Virus record (IMG/VR): IMGVR_UViG_3300020204_000079
Location: 1-56,367 of that record
Reading direction: 5' to 3' (one strand)
Length of the DNA: 56,367 nt
From: a virus
Lineage: Duplodnaviria; Caudoviricetes
The notes under the pieces were generated by a model. That model saw nothing but the letters and a program-made list of their open reading frames with translations. It did not search any database and was not told the DNA's origin. Position 1 is the first letter of the stretch, and each line of letters starts with the position of its first letter. Shown here piece after piece: positions 1-9,902 of the stretch. The translations under genes and the position numbers were made by a program.

Positions 1-241
1 AATCCCCATGAAGAAGTACGCAGCCGGTGGCGCAGTAGGCAAGTTCAAGCCATGCGCTGCATGCAAGAACGTCGCAGCCTGCGCCAAGGCAGGCAAGTGC
101 ATGGCGCAAGGCATGAGGCGCGGCGGCATGGTCAAGGGCAAGAAGTGCTGAGTCATGGCTAAGGCTAAGTCCACGGTCAACAGCGCTGGGAACTACACCA
201 AACCCGGCATGCGTAAGGCGCTGTTCGAGTCCATCAAGGGC
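1..241 (+). repeat. Terminal direct repeat, copy 1 (assembly overlap or terminal redundancy)
   Basis: 1-241 matches 56127-56367 except at positions 61, 64 and 187. Confidence 0.95.
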
Positions 242-337
242 AGGGCAGTGCAGGGCACCGCCGCGGGGCAGTGGAGCGCCCGTAAGGCGCAGTTGCTGGC
301 GAAGCAGTACAAGGCGAAGGGCGGGGGCTACAAGTGA
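155..337 (+). CDS. Small basic phage protein resembling the N-half of the DUF5872-type family
   Basis: NYTKP..RK, GQWSARKAQLL and GGGY motifs. Confidence 0.75.
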   Translation: MAKAKSTVNSAGNYTKPGMRKALFESIKGRAVQGTAAGQWSARKAQLLAKQYKAKGGGYK

Positions 338-567
338 GAGCGCCCCAGAAGAGCCTGAAGGACTGGGGCGACCAGAAGTGGCGGACCAAGTCAGGCAAGC
401 CGAGCAGCAAGACTGGGGAGCGGTATCTGCCGGAGGCGGCGATCAAGGCGCTGACCCCGGCTGAGTACGCCGCCACGACCAGGGCGAAGCGTGAGGGCAA
501 AGCAAAGGGCAAACAGTTCGTCGCCCAACCGAAGAGTGTGGCAAAAAAGACCGCGGGGTATCGCTGA
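334..567 (+). CDS. Small basic phage protein resembling the C-half of the DUF5872-type family
   Basis: QKSLKDW..QKWRT and GERYLPEAAI motifs; GTGA overlap with the upstream ORF. Confidence 0.75.
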   Translation: MRAPQKSLKDWGDQKWRTKSGKPSSKTGERYLPEAAIKALTPAEYAATTRAKREGKAKGKQFVAQPKSVAKKTAGYR

Positions 568-776
568 TGATCTGGTCGACACTGAAGCGCTGGTGGGGGA
601 TGCTCACCAAGCCAAAAGGCACCACTGAGAGCGTACAGATAGAGCAGCGCAGCGCCGAGAATTCAAAAGCGCTCGACAGCGTTGTGATCAGCCTATCTCA
701 ACAGGTAATACCGCAAAACAAGCCCCCAGCGAAGAAACCCGCAGCTAAGCGGCGCAGGGCAGGGAAGAAGCAATGA
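567..776 (+). CDS. Hypothetical protein
   Basis: Stop/start overlaps with both neighbours. Confidence 0.55.
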   Translation: MIWSTLKRWWGMLTKPKGTTESVQIEQRSAENSKALDSVVISLSQQVIPQNKPPAKKPAAKRRRAGKKQ

Positions 777-1498
777 ACAGCGACAACAGCACCGAACAGC
801 AGGAACAGCAAGAGCGCGCCCGGAAGCGGGAACAGGCAGCAGAGCGTCGTCGCCAGCGCAAGGAACAGGTGCAAGCCGAGGTACTGGCGGAAATCGTCCG
901 CGGTGATGAAAACGCCCACCAACAGCTTAGGCTGGCACAACAGTTGGCAACAGCTGTCATAAATGGCAAGACAGAGGCTGTAGGGCAAAAACAAACCCAA
1001 AATCAACAGCCAAGCTTAGCACTGGCTAACAGCGCATCAACAGTTGTGCAGGGTAGGGGTAGACCCAGCGATTACACCGATGAAGAAGCAGACGTTATTT
1101 GCGCATGGATAGCAGAAGGCAGATCACTGCGCAGTTACTGTCGCCTGGAGCATCGTGGAATGGATACGGTATATCGATGGCTACGGGAAAGAAGAGATTT
1201 TCGAGAGCGCTACGCGCGCGCCCACGAAGACAGGGCAGATTCTCTGGCAGATGAGATCACTGATATTGCCGATGAGGTAGCCAGCGCCAGCATGGAGGAA
1301 ATCCAGGCAGCGCGGCTGCGCGTGGACGCCAGGAAGTGGGTTGCCGCGAAGCTCAAGCCCACGAAATGGGGCGATTACCAAACCGACACCGCCAAAACAA
1401 ACGTGGTATTCAACATCGGCATCGGTCGCACCCACGCCATCGCACCCACACCCCCGTCTAACCCATTGAAAGTATTAGAAAGTAGTTCCGACATATAG
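773..1498 (+). CDS. terS: Terminase small subunit
   Basis: GRPSDYT..ICAWIAEGRSLR HTH and ARLRVDARKW.AAKL motif typical of terminase small subunits. Confidence 0.8.
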   Translation: MNSDNSTEQQEQQERARKREQAAERRRQRKEQVQAEVLAEIVRGDENAHQQLRLAQQLATAVINGKTEAVGQKQTQNQQPSLALANSASTVVQGRGRPSDYTDEEADVICAWIAEGRSLRSYCRLEHRGMDTVYRWLRERRDFRERYARAHEDRADSLADEITDIADEVASASMEEIQAARLRVDARKWVAAKLKPTKWGDYQTDTAKTNVVFNIGIGRTHAIAPTPPSNPLKVLESSSDI

Positions 1499-1786
1499 TC
1501 CGGTCTTCTATTTTGCAGCACGTCAGGCAGAACAGCCCCAGGACAGCTGTCCGACAGGGCGTAAACGCGCACGACGACGCATGCGGTGTCGCGGGCACCC
1601 CCGTGCGGACCCGCGGGCGCGCGACGCCGGGGCGCTGGGACCCCTATATATCCCCCTTCACACGCACTGGTCGCTTTTTTCAGTGCTTGGACACCCCCCG
1701 CATGGACCAAGACCCCCCCTGGTGGGTGGGGCATATGCTGTTCTGGCTATATTTTTGGGCTGATGCGCGGGAAACGGAGAATAAAT

Positions 1787-2053
1787 ATGCTTGATCGAGA
1801 GCTTGAAGGCTATTTGCGACAGTTCCCACCACTGTCTGAGGTGACGGTGTGCTACAGCAGCCCCGAAGCTCAGGCTATTGCCCCGTTTCTGGTGGTTATT
1901 TCTGGGTATGTGAGCCTGTATGGTGAGACTCACTACTATGAAACTGACTTTGATCTGCGCACTCTGGGGTCACATAAGGATTTAGAGCGTTTAGCATTGG
2001 TTTTAATGCGCTCAATTGAAGAGGCTGGCGAACATGTGTCGACTGTTCACTAA
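1787..2053 (+). CDS. Hypothetical protein
   Basis: GGAG RBS before ATG 1787; coupled to the next gene. Confidence 0.65.
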   Translation: MLDRELEGYLRQFPPLSEVTVCYSSPEAQAIAPFLVVISGYVSLYGETHYYETDFDLRTLGSHKDLERLALVLMRSIEEAGEHVSTVH

Positions 2054-2481
2054 TGAATGACCCAATTGGCGCTGTAAATTTCACGCCAGCCCTGGTTTCT
2101 AAAGATGGTGACCCGCATTTGGCGATGGCTTCAGTCAGGAACGTCTATATCAAGCAGATGTATTTCGTTAAACCTGGCGATAAGTTAGATGGACATAAGC
2201 ATGTCCATGACCACGCGACGCTTTTGGCGTCCGGAGCCGTCGAAGTTACCGTTAATGGGGTAACAACGCCGTTCCGAGCGCCCAAAATAATTTGGATTGC
2301 CGCGGATTGCGAGCATATGATCGTAGCCACCAAAGCCCATACCGTTGCGTATTGCGTTCACGCAATTAGAAATGGTGATGGGGTGGACGACATCATCGAC
2401 CCCGAGTCAATTCCTAATGGGACCCTCGGCTTTCACATGCCAGCCAATGCTAAATCTTTGTTGCGCAGCGACAAAGCATAG
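2053..2481 (+). CDS. Cupin-fold protein
   Basis: GHKHVHDH...G.VEV and EH cupin metal motifs. Confidence 0.75.
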   Translation: MNDPIGAVNFTPALVSKDGDPHLAMASVRNVYIKQMYFVKPGDKLDGHKHVHDHATLLASGAVEVTVNGVTTPFRAPKIIWIAADCEHMIVATKAHTVAYCVHAIRNGDGVDDIIDPESIPNGTLGFHMPANAKSLLRSDKA

Positions 2482-2489
2482 GAGGAAGC

Positions 2490-2984
2490 ATGCTTGATAT
2501 TCTCGGCGGCGGTTTGCTTGGCTCAATTTTTGGCGGATTTTTCCGCCTTGCCCCAGAAGTTCTGAAATGGCTGGACAAGAAAAGCGAGCGGGAACACGAA
2601 CTGTCGATGTTCAAGTTCCAGTGCGAACTAGAGGCTCAGCGCGGACAACAGAAACTTGCTGAGATCGGCGCCATGCACGACGCCGCCATAGACTCTGGTG
2701 TGTTGCAAGCTCTGAACTCAGCCATCAAGCAACAGTCTGAAATGGTCAAGGTTGCTGGTGGGTGGGTTGCAAGCTTGTCAGCCAGCGTCCGCCCAGTAGT
2801 TACTTACTGGGTCTTGTTCGTCTGGTCTCTCGCCCACCTATGGTTTTGCTGGATGTCCTACCGCGTCGGCATGGACCCCATTGACGTATTCAAACTGATT
2901 ATGTCGGCTGACTTTGCAGCCTTGGTATCAGGGACACTTAACTACTGGTTCCTGGATCGCACCCTCGCAAGAAGGGGGCTTTGA
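2490..2984 (+). CDS. Holin-like membrane protein
   Basis: Hydrophobic segments, SVRPVVTY motif, directly upstream of the lysozyme, AGGAGG RBS. Confidence 0.7.
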   Translation: MLDILGGGLLGSIFGGFFRLAPEVLKWLDKKSEREHELSMFKFQCELEAQRGQQKLAEIGAMHDAAIDSGVLQALNSAIKQQSEMVKVAGGWVASLSASVRPVVTYWVLFVWSLAHLWFCWMSYRVGMDPIDVFKLIMSADFAALVSGTLNYWFLDRTLARRGL

Positions 2985-3433
2985 TGCTAGAGGCGATCAG
3001 TATCACTGCTGATCTGTGCAAGAAATTTGAGGGCTTCAGAGCCAAGCCATACCTGTGTCCCGCTGGTGTGCCCACCATCGGGTTCGGCTCCACATACTAC
3101 GAGAACGGTAACAAGGTTGAACTCAGTCATGCGCCGATGTCCGAAGACAGGGCAGAACAGCTTCTTTTATTTGAGTTGAACCACACTTACTTTCCCGGAG
3201 TAATTCGTCAATGTCCCAGCATCCTTACAGAGTCCCAAGGTCGGATAGCGGCAATAGTGGACTTTGCCTACAACCTGGGGATCGGAAGACTTCAAAGCTC
3301 GACGCTGCGCCGCAAGGTGAATTCAAAAGACTGGGACGGGGTCAAGGAGCAGCTGATGCTCTGGACCAGAGGAGGCGGGAAAGTTCTGCCGGGTCTTATA
3401 AAGCGGAGGTCCGCAGAGGTGCGCCTAATTTAA
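2981..3433 (+). CDS. Endolysin, GH24 lysozyme
   Basis: FEG..YLCPAGVPTIGFG, FAYNLG and GLIKRR..E motifs. Confidence 0.93.
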   Translation: MMLEAISITADLCKKFEGFRAKPYLCPAGVPTIGFGSTYYENGNKVELSHAPMSEDRAEQLLLFELNHTYFPGVIRQCPSILTESQGRIAAIVDFAYNLGIGRLQSSTLRRKVNSKDWDGVKEQLMLWTRGGGKVLPGLIKRRSAEVRLI

Positions 3434-3593
3434 AACAGGCAAGGTATCCCGAATACAACTCGGCAACCGACGGAAACATTTTTGTATGGATTCAATCTGC
3501 TGTAGCCCAGTATCGTGCGCAGCAAGAAAATGAACTGTCTATGAGACCAAAAAGGAAAATAATTGCGCCGGAAATCTTTGACCCCCGAGCCAA

Positions 3594-5039
3594 ATGAATG
3601 TTAATTACATAGCCCCAGGTCCGGTGTGTGAACAGTTCCACCAGGACAATTCGTTTGTCCGTGGACTCATGGGACCAGTTGGCTCTGGAAAATCCACGGC
3701 TTGTTGCTTTGAGATTCTTAGCCGAGCCATAGAGCAGCAGCCAGGAAGCGATGGGGTGCGCCGTTCGCGCTGGGCTGTCTGTCGCAATACCTACCCTGAA
3801 CTCAAGTCCACCACGATCAAAACCTGGATGGACTGGTATCAGGACCTGGCGGTAATGAAGTGGGATACACCAATTACCAGCAACATCAATATCGCCAACA
3901 TTGGCGACGGCACGGGACTTGAGCTTGAGGTCATATTCATGGCGCTTGATCGCTCTGATGATGTCGGCAAGCTGAGGTCCTTAGAGCTAACGGGCGGCTG
4001 GATGAACGAGGCGTCCGAAATGGAAAAAGCTGTTCTCGACATGCTGACTCAGCGTGTTGGTCGGTTCCCGTCAAAGCGCAATGGCGGTCCTACTTGGACT
4101 GGTGTCATTATGGATACCAACCCGCCTGACGACGATAGCTGGTGGTACAAGCTGGCTGAAGAAGAGCGCCCAGAAATCTTCCGGTTCTTTAAACAGCCCG
4201 GTGGTCTTGTTCAAGATATAGACCCCAAGTCGCCCACGCATTTGAAGTATGTGCCCAACCCAGAGGCTGAGAACATTGTTAATCACAGCCTGGGCTATCA
4301 GTACTATCTGAATCAGCTGTACGGAAAAAACGAAGACTGGATCAGAGTATTTCTGCTGGGTCGGTATGGCACAACGATGGACGGCAAGGCTGTCTATCCA
4401 GAATGGTCCGAGAAGATTCATCTCTCAGAGTATGAGCTAACCCCGGTTCAGGGCATGCCGATACTGGCTGCATTTGATTTCGGGCTGACCCCGGCTTGCG
4501 CGTTCCTGCAAATGAACAGTCGAGGACAGCTGTTGGTTCTTAAAGAGTTTGTCTCCGAAGACATGGGCATCCGGCAGTTCTACTCAGAAGTCGTTCGCCC
4601 GGTTATCCGCGGCGAGTACAGCAAGCATCGAGTTGAAGCTGTTGGCGATCCGGCTGGGAATATGCGCAGCCAGACCGATGAGAAGACCTGTATGCAGGAA
4701 CTGATGGAGCTAGGGATTCTTTGCGAGCCAGCCCCAACGAATGAGTTTGTTGCTCGGCGCGAATCGGTTGCGTTCTTCTTACAAAGACTATCCGGTGGCG
4801 AACCAGGTTTCGTTGTTGACCCTAGTTGCAAAATGCTCAGGAAAGGTTTTAACGGCGGGTACAGATATGAGCGCTTGCGTGTTTCTGGCGGTGCGCGATT
4901 CAAAGATCGCCCAGTAAAAGATAAGTTTTCACACATTCACGATGCCTTGCAATACGGCTGTCTCCAAATGAGGTCCGAACTGAACCCAGTCAGAGCCAAG
5001 ACGATTGCGCATAGCCCGATGGCTGCTGGCTACGTTTAA
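3594..5039 (+). CDS. terL: Terminase large subunit
   Basis: Walker A GPVGSGKS, WMNEASE, DTNPP and nuclease DFG...HDALQY motifs. Confidence 0.95.
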   Translation: MNVNYIAPGPVCEQFHQDNSFVRGLMGPVGSGKSTACCFEILSRAIEQQPGSDGVRRSRWAVCRNTYPELKSTTIKTWMDWYQDLAVMKWDTPITSNINIANIGDGTGLELEVIFMALDRSDDVGKLRSLELTGGWMNEASEMEKAVLDMLTQRVGRFPSKRNGGPTWTGVIMDTNPPDDDSWWYKLAEEERPEIFRFFKQPGGLVQDIDPKSPTHLKYVPNPEAENIVNHSLGYQYYLNQLYGKNEDWIRVFLLGRYGTTMDGKAVYPEWSEKIHLSEYELTPVQGMPILAAFDFGLTPACAFLQMNSRGQLLVLKEFVSEDMGIRQFYSEVVRPVIRGEYSKHRVEAVGDPAGNMRSQTDEKTCMQELMELGILCEPAPTNEFVARRESVAFFLQRLSGGEPGFVVDPSCKMLRKGFNGGYRYERLRVSGGARFKDRPVKDKFSHIHDALQYGCLQMRSELNPVRAKTIAHSPMAAGYV

Positions 5040-5047
5040 GGATCACT

Positions 5048-6997
5048 ATGGCACTTGAATCATTACGACTTAAAAATGCCGCCGAGGCAGAACAAATAAA
5101 GCCTGAGCCAGCAATTCTTTCTTTGTCAGCCTATCTTGATCGCTGCTATTCAGAAGCCAAGTCAGCGAAGACTGATATATCAGAACGTCTGCTGGCTTGT
5201 GAGCGTCAACGTCGTGGCGAATACGATCCAGAAAAGTTGGCTTTGATTCGACAAACCGGCGGATCAGACATTTTTATGATGCTGACTGATGTCAAGTGTC
5301 GTGCGTCGGAGTCGTGGATTAAGGATGTCATGCTTGCGTCTGGTGGACAGACGTGGTCGCTCCAAGCTACTCCAGAACCATCTTTGCCAAGCGATGTACG
5401 CGAGGGCATTATCGAGACCGTGGTTATGGAAGCCGATCAGGTTTCTCAGCGCGGCATGGCTATTGATCCCAGAGCCATTGATATGCGCATGACTGAGTTA
5501 TACGACTCAGTGCAGAAGGCGATTTCTAAAAAGGCGAACGACGCAGCAATGCGCATGGAACGCCGGATGAATGACAAGCTGGTGGAAGCTGGCTGGCAAG
5601 AAACCTTGAGTGAGGTCATCTATGACTTTGTGACCTTTCCTTGCGCCATTGTTAAAGGTCCGGTCATCAAACGTAAAAAGGCGATGACTTGGGGCAAGGG
5701 TTGGAAGCCCGAGGTTACCGAGGACATCAAAGAATGTTTTGAGCGGGTTTCCCCTTATGACATTTTCCCGTCCCCGAACGCTGTTACTACTCAGGACGGC
5801 TACATCATCCAGCGTCATCAGCTAACTAGGGCTGATCTGTCCAAGATGATTGGCGCTCCCGGTTACCGCGATGACCAGATCGAGCAAGCCCTTGACGCCT
5901 ACGGCAATGGCGGGCTGCGCAATCTTGAGCAGTCAGATACCGAGCGCAACACACTTGAGGGTCGAGCCAACGTGCTGGTTGGCACCGAGATCATTGAAGC
6001 TATTGAGTTCTGGGGTTCGGTCTCTGGATACATGCTCAAGGACTGGGGCGTTACTGACGTTGAGGAAAACAAGGAATATGAAGTCAACTGCTGGAAGGTC
6101 GGTAGCTACACCATCAAAGCAATAAAAAACCCAGACCCACTGGGTCGACGCCCCTACAGTAAGGCATGCTGGGAAAGCATCCCTGGGGCATTTTGGGGCG
6201 TAGCTTTAGCAGAGGTGATGCGCGATACCCAGACGATCTGTAACGGTGCGGCGCGCGCCTTATCAAACAACATGGGTATCGCTTCTGGTCCACAGGTGGA
6301 GGTCACGGTTGATCGATTGCCAGCCGGTGAAGATTTAACCAGCATGTATCCCTGGAAGATATGGCAAACAACCAGTGATCGAACGGGGGGCGGTCAGCCA
6401 GCAGTTAGGTTCTATCAGCCAAACATGAATGCAGATACGTTAATGAACGTAATGCAATATTTCCAAAAAGTTGCAGACGAAGTCACTGGAGTCCCAAACT
6501 ATGTCTACGGTAGTTCTAATGTTTCTGGCGCTGGGCGTACTGCTTCTGGACTTTCTATGCTTATGGAGAATGCGTCAAAGGGAATCAAGCAAGCAATTCT
6601 GAGCCTGGATAAAGCCACCAGTGAAATGCTTAAACGCTTTTACGATCACTTGATGATTTACGACGACGACAATAGCATCAAGGGTGATATGCAAATCATA
6701 GCGTCAGGTGTTGTTGGGACTCTGCTGAAAGAAACCCAGCAGCAGCGTCGCAATGAGTTTATGCAGCTAACTGCAAACGCAATTGACATGCAGATCATTG
6801 GACCGGCTGGTCGTGCAGAACTGCTGCGCGAAACTGCTAAGTCCTTGAACATGGACGTAGACAAAATTGTTCCAAAGCCTGAAGAAATTCTGATGGCTCA
6901 ACGTGCTTCCCAGGAAGCCGAGGCGGCTGCTCAGCAAGTGCCAGCAGAAATGCAAGCACCAGACCCTGCACAAATGCAGCCCCAGCAACCACAGTAA
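5048..6997 (+). CDS. Portal protein
   Basis: 649 aa after terL; VSPYDIFP, FWG, RTASGLSML; Q/P-rich C-tail. Confidence 0.88.
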   Translation: MALESLRLKNAAEAEQIKPEPAILSLSAYLDRCYSEAKSAKTDISERLLACERQRRGEYDPEKLALIRQTGGSDIFMMLTDVKCRASESWIKDVMLASGGQTWSLQATPEPSLPSDVREGIIETVVMEADQVSQRGMAIDPRAIDMRMTELYDSVQKAISKKANDAAMRMERRMNDKLVEAGWQETLSEVIYDFVTFPCAIVKGPVIKRKKAMTWGKGWKPEVTEDIKECFERVSPYDIFPSPNAVTTQDGYIIQRHQLTRADLSKMIGAPGYRDDQIEQALDAYGNGGLRNLEQSDTERNTLEGRANVLVGTEIIEAIEFWGSVSGYMLKDWGVTDVEENKEYEVNCWKVGSYTIKAIKNPDPLGRRPYSKACWESIPGAFWGVALAEVMRDTQTICNGAARALSNNMGIASGPQVEVTVDRLPAGEDLTSMYPWKIWQTTSDRTGGGQPAVRFYQPNMNADTLMNVMQYFQKVADEVTGVPNYVYGSSNVSGAGRTASGLSMLMENASKGIKQAILSLDKATSEMLKRFYDHLMIYDDDNSIKGDMQIIASGVVGTLLKETQQQRRNEFMQLTANAIDMQIIGPAGRAELLRETAKSLNMDVDKIVPKPEEILMAQRASQEAEAAAQQVPAEMQAPDPAQMQPQQPQ

Positions 6998-7009
6998 CCG
7001 GAGAAAAAA

Positions 7010-7357
7010 ATGGCAAAACTTACATCGTTTGCAACAGGCGTTGGTTCTGGCTACCTGGCTGGTGAGCGGTTAAAGAAAACCGAGGCGCGTCAGAAGCGCC
7101 AGGACGACATCCTGGAAAAGTATCTGACCAGCGGCGATGCGTCGATGAAGAAAGACCCGATGTCCAGCACCACGTTCGACCCCGAGACGGGTGGCACGAT
7201 GGATATGCTAACGGGCAAGGTCACCTATTACCCAGACGACCTTCAAGCCCTGGAAGAACGAAAGCGTATTCGCGGTATGGCAAACGGCGGCATGGTCCAG
7301 CCGATGCCCCAGCACTTGGACAAAATGTCTTGGCAGCGCCAAACATTTAAGAAGTGA
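7010..7357 (+). CDS. Hypothetical virion-region protein
   Basis: GGAG RBS; contains MANGGMV motif. Confidence 0.7.
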   Translation: MAKLTSFATGVGSGYLAGERLKKTEARQKRQDDILEKYLTSGDASMKKDPMSSTTFDPETGGTMDMLTGKVTYYPDDLQALEERKRIRGMANGGMVQPMPQHLDKMSWQRQTFKK

Positions 7358-7560
7358 CAGATCAAAAAACTCTCGAAGTGCTTGATCGTCTGAAGCGGGA
7401 ATCAGACTTTCAAAAGTTCGTGGAGTATCTATTCAGGGAACGCGAAGCAAAGCGTGAAGACTTGGAGTCGGCTACTGCCGCAGTGCAAAGCCACAAGCTC
7501 CAGGGCTACTGCTTAGCCTTATCGGACCTGATAAAGCTGTGTTCACCTGAACACAAGTAA
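7354..7560 (+). CDS. Small helical protein between portal and scaffold
   Basis: GTGA overlap; KLQG motif; conserved position in the head module. Confidence 0.65.
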   Translation: MTDQKTLEVLDRLKRESDFQKFVEYLFREREAKREDLESATAAVQSHKLQGYCLALSDLIKLCSPEHK

Positions 7561-7663
7561 CCGCCGGGAAACCGGCATCAACCCGCCCTGAATTCCAGTC
7601 GAGTAGGCAGAGACTCCTAAGAGGCTCTCTTGCGCGCGGGACATGGCTCAGAGGAATATTTAA

Positions 7664-8623
7664 ATGCCAAGACTACCTAAAGCAGTGGAGAAGCAAGCCG
7701 AGCTTGCGGATCAAATCTACCAACAAGTCTATGGGACACCGGATACCACAACCCCGGCTCCCGCTCCGTCGCAACCAGCAACAGCTGAACAAGCGGACCC
7801 ACAACCGGAAGCAGCACCAGCAAGCGCTCCTGAACAGGAACTCGCTAAGCCGGAAGAGCAACCGCAAACCCAAGAGAAACCACCCGATGAAGGCGGCGAT
7901 CTGGATCACTGGCGTCAACGCGCCAAGGTCGCAGAAGGTCGTCTTACCAAAGAGCAGCCGCGCATGGCGCAGACAATCCGAGAACTCAAGGATCAACTGT
8001 CTGATGCCAATTCTAAAATCGCAGCGCTTGAGGCGGCTCAGTCTAGCCCAGCACCCTCGCCCATTAAGCCGGAAGAGGTTGAGCAGTATGGCGCTGAGTT
8101 CATCGACATGGTTAAGCGCGTAGCCCGCGCTGAGTCTCCTGGCATCGATGGGAACGTGAAAAAACAGCTTGAGCAAGTTACGGCGCAGCAGCGTCAGGTA
8201 GCGCGTCAACAGTTCTTTGAAACCCTGAACAGAGACGCTCCGCAGTGGGAACAGCTAAACACCGATCAAAACTTCCTTGACCACCTAAGTGGGCTTGATC
8301 CGTACACGGGTCGACCCCGCCAGGAAATTTTTGACGACGCTTACGAGAAGCTCGATGCATGGCGCATCGCCAACTTCTTCAATGCTTATGAACAGTCGCG
8401 GCAAAAAAACCCCGAGCCAGACAAAGCCCCTAGCAGGGCGGATCAGGTGGTGCCAAACGTAAGTCGTGCAGGCACACCGCCACCCCCTGCAAAAAAGATG
8501 TGGACTACGAATGAAGTCGCCCGTTTTTATGCGGATGTCCGTCGTGGTGCTATCAACGAGGCTGATGCGGCTCGGATTGAACAGGACATATTTGCCGCTC
8601 AATCTGAAGGACGTTTGCGTTAA
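7664..8623 (+). CDS. Capsid scaffolding protein
   Basis: P/Q/E-rich N-terminus, coiled coil, C-terminal IFAAQSEGRLR; directly precedes the capsid gene. Confidence 0.75.
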   Translation: MPRLPKAVEKQAELADQIYQQVYGTPDTTTPAPAPSQPATAEQADPQPEAAPASAPEQELAKPEEQPQTQEKPPDEGGDLDHWRQRAKVAEGRLTKEQPRMAQTIRELKDQLSDANSKIAALEAAQSSPAPSPIKPEEVEQYGAEFIDMVKRVARAESPGIDGNVKKQLEQVTAQQRQVARQQFFETLNRDAPQWEQLNTDQNFLDHLSGLDPYTGRPRQEIFDDAYEKLDAWRIANFFNAYEQSRQKNPEPDKAPSRADQVVPNVSRAGTPPPPAKKMWTTNEVARFYADVRRGAINEADAARIEQDIFAAQSEGRLR

Positions 8624-8692
8624 AACAATACCGTTTGACGCTAATCATCATCAATCAGGAGGGCGGCAAGACATTTAACTAAGGAAATTAAA

Positions 8693-9673
8693 ATGTCTAT
8701 TACCGTCAATTCTGGCTACTACGGTAGCGGTACTACCGATCAATACACTGGAAAGTTCATTCCCCAGATTTGGTCGGGCAAGCTCCAGGTCAAGTTTTAC
8801 GCTTCGACCGTTTTGTCTTCCATCACCAACAACAGCTGGGAAGGCGAAATCAAAGACCAAGGCGACAAGGTCGAGATTCGCACCATCCCGTCGATCACCA
8901 TCTCTTCTTACTCTAAGGGTCAGAGCCTGAGTTCTCAGGTTCCTACCGGCGGCGTGGTGGAGTTGCTGATCGATCAGGGCAAGTACTTCCAAGTTGTGGT
9001 TGACGATGTGGATGATGTCCAGTCTGACCTCAAGCTGATGGACATCTTTACCAACGATGCTGCACAGCAAATGAAGATTGCCGTTGACACTGACGTGTTG
9101 GCTGGCATGAAGAACGCTGCTGCTGCCTCTAACCAAGGTGCTGCTGCTGGCGCTCTGTCCGGCAACATCAACCTAGGTGACGGCAACGCCACTGGTGGTC
9201 TGACCGGCGTGAAGCTGACTAAGAACAACGTCATCGACAAGATTGTCGAAATGAACCAAGTTCTGAACGAAGCCAACGTGCCTGAGCAAGGTCGCTGGAT
9301 GGTCATCCCTGCATGGATGGGTTCCCTGATCAAGACCTCTGATCTGAAGGACGCTTCCATCACTGGTGACCAGGCATCGCCCCTGCGCAACGGTCGTATC
9401 GGTACCGTTGACAACACCACCTTGTTCGTGTCGAACCTGTTGCCCAGCGCAACTGGGGCAGCGCGCGAGTCTGGTGACGCTGGTGCTGGCACTGTTAAGG
9501 GTACCTACGTCTACATGGGCACCTCTGACGCCGTGACCTTTGCTTCGCAAATTACCAAGGTTGAGTCGCTGCGTTCACAAACCACGTTCGGTAATCTCGT
9601 CCGTGGCTTGAATGTATTCGGCTTTAAGGTAATCAAGCCTGAAGCTCTGGTGGAAGGCTTTTTCTACAACTGA
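8693..9673 (+). CDS. Major capsid protein (HK97 fold, P22/T7-like)
   Basis: FIPQIWSGKL, EGEIKDQGDKV, VRGLNVFG.KVIKPEAL; strong RBS and downstream terminator. Confidence 0.9.
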   Translation: MSITVNSGYYGSGTTDQYTGKFIPQIWSGKLQVKFYASTVLSSITNNSWEGEIKDQGDKVEIRTIPSITISSYSKGQSLSSQVPTGGVVELLIDQGKYFQVVVDDVDDVQSDLKLMDIFTNDAAQQMKIAVDTDVLAGMKNAAAASNQGAAAGALSGNINLGDGNATGGLTGVKLTKNNVIDKIVEMNQVLNEANVPEQGRWMVIPAWMGSLIKTSDLKDASITGDQASPLRNGRIGTVDNTTLFVSNLLPSATGAARESGDAGAGTVKGTYVYMGTSDAVTFASQITKVESLRSQTTFGNLVRGLNVFGFKVIKPEALVEGFFYN

Positions 9674-9681
9674 TGAGGTTG

Positions 9682-9711
9682 GGGCGGGTCGGGCAACCGG
9701 CTCGCCTTTTT
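9682..9711 (+). terminator. Rho-independent terminator after the capsid gene
   Basis: GGGCGGGTCGG-GCAA-CCGGCTCGCC stem followed by a T run. Confidence 0.8.
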
Positions 9712-9713
9712 CA

Positions 9714-9902
9714 ATGCTGCTAAGACACAAACGAAACGGCAACATTTATGCGTATGCCAAGGTCCTTATGGACAGTGGCGATTACGAAATCTTTGAAGAG
9801 CCAAAGCCAATAAAGGCTCAGCCTAAGCTCGCAAAGGTTGTGCGTCGCACAAGAGAATCTACCTCAAAAATCGGAGAGCCACATGGCACAGACACCCAAT
9901 GA
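9714..9902 (+). CDS. Hypothetical protein
   Basis: Short ORF after the capsid terminator. Confidence 0.55.
   Translation: MLLRHKRNGNIYAYAKVLMDSGDYEIFEEPKPIKAQPKLAKVVRRTRESTSKIGEPHGTDTQ

Noticed and set aside
3211-3597. Spanin overlapping the lysozyme
   Set aside because: No transmembrane helix or lipobox in the translation
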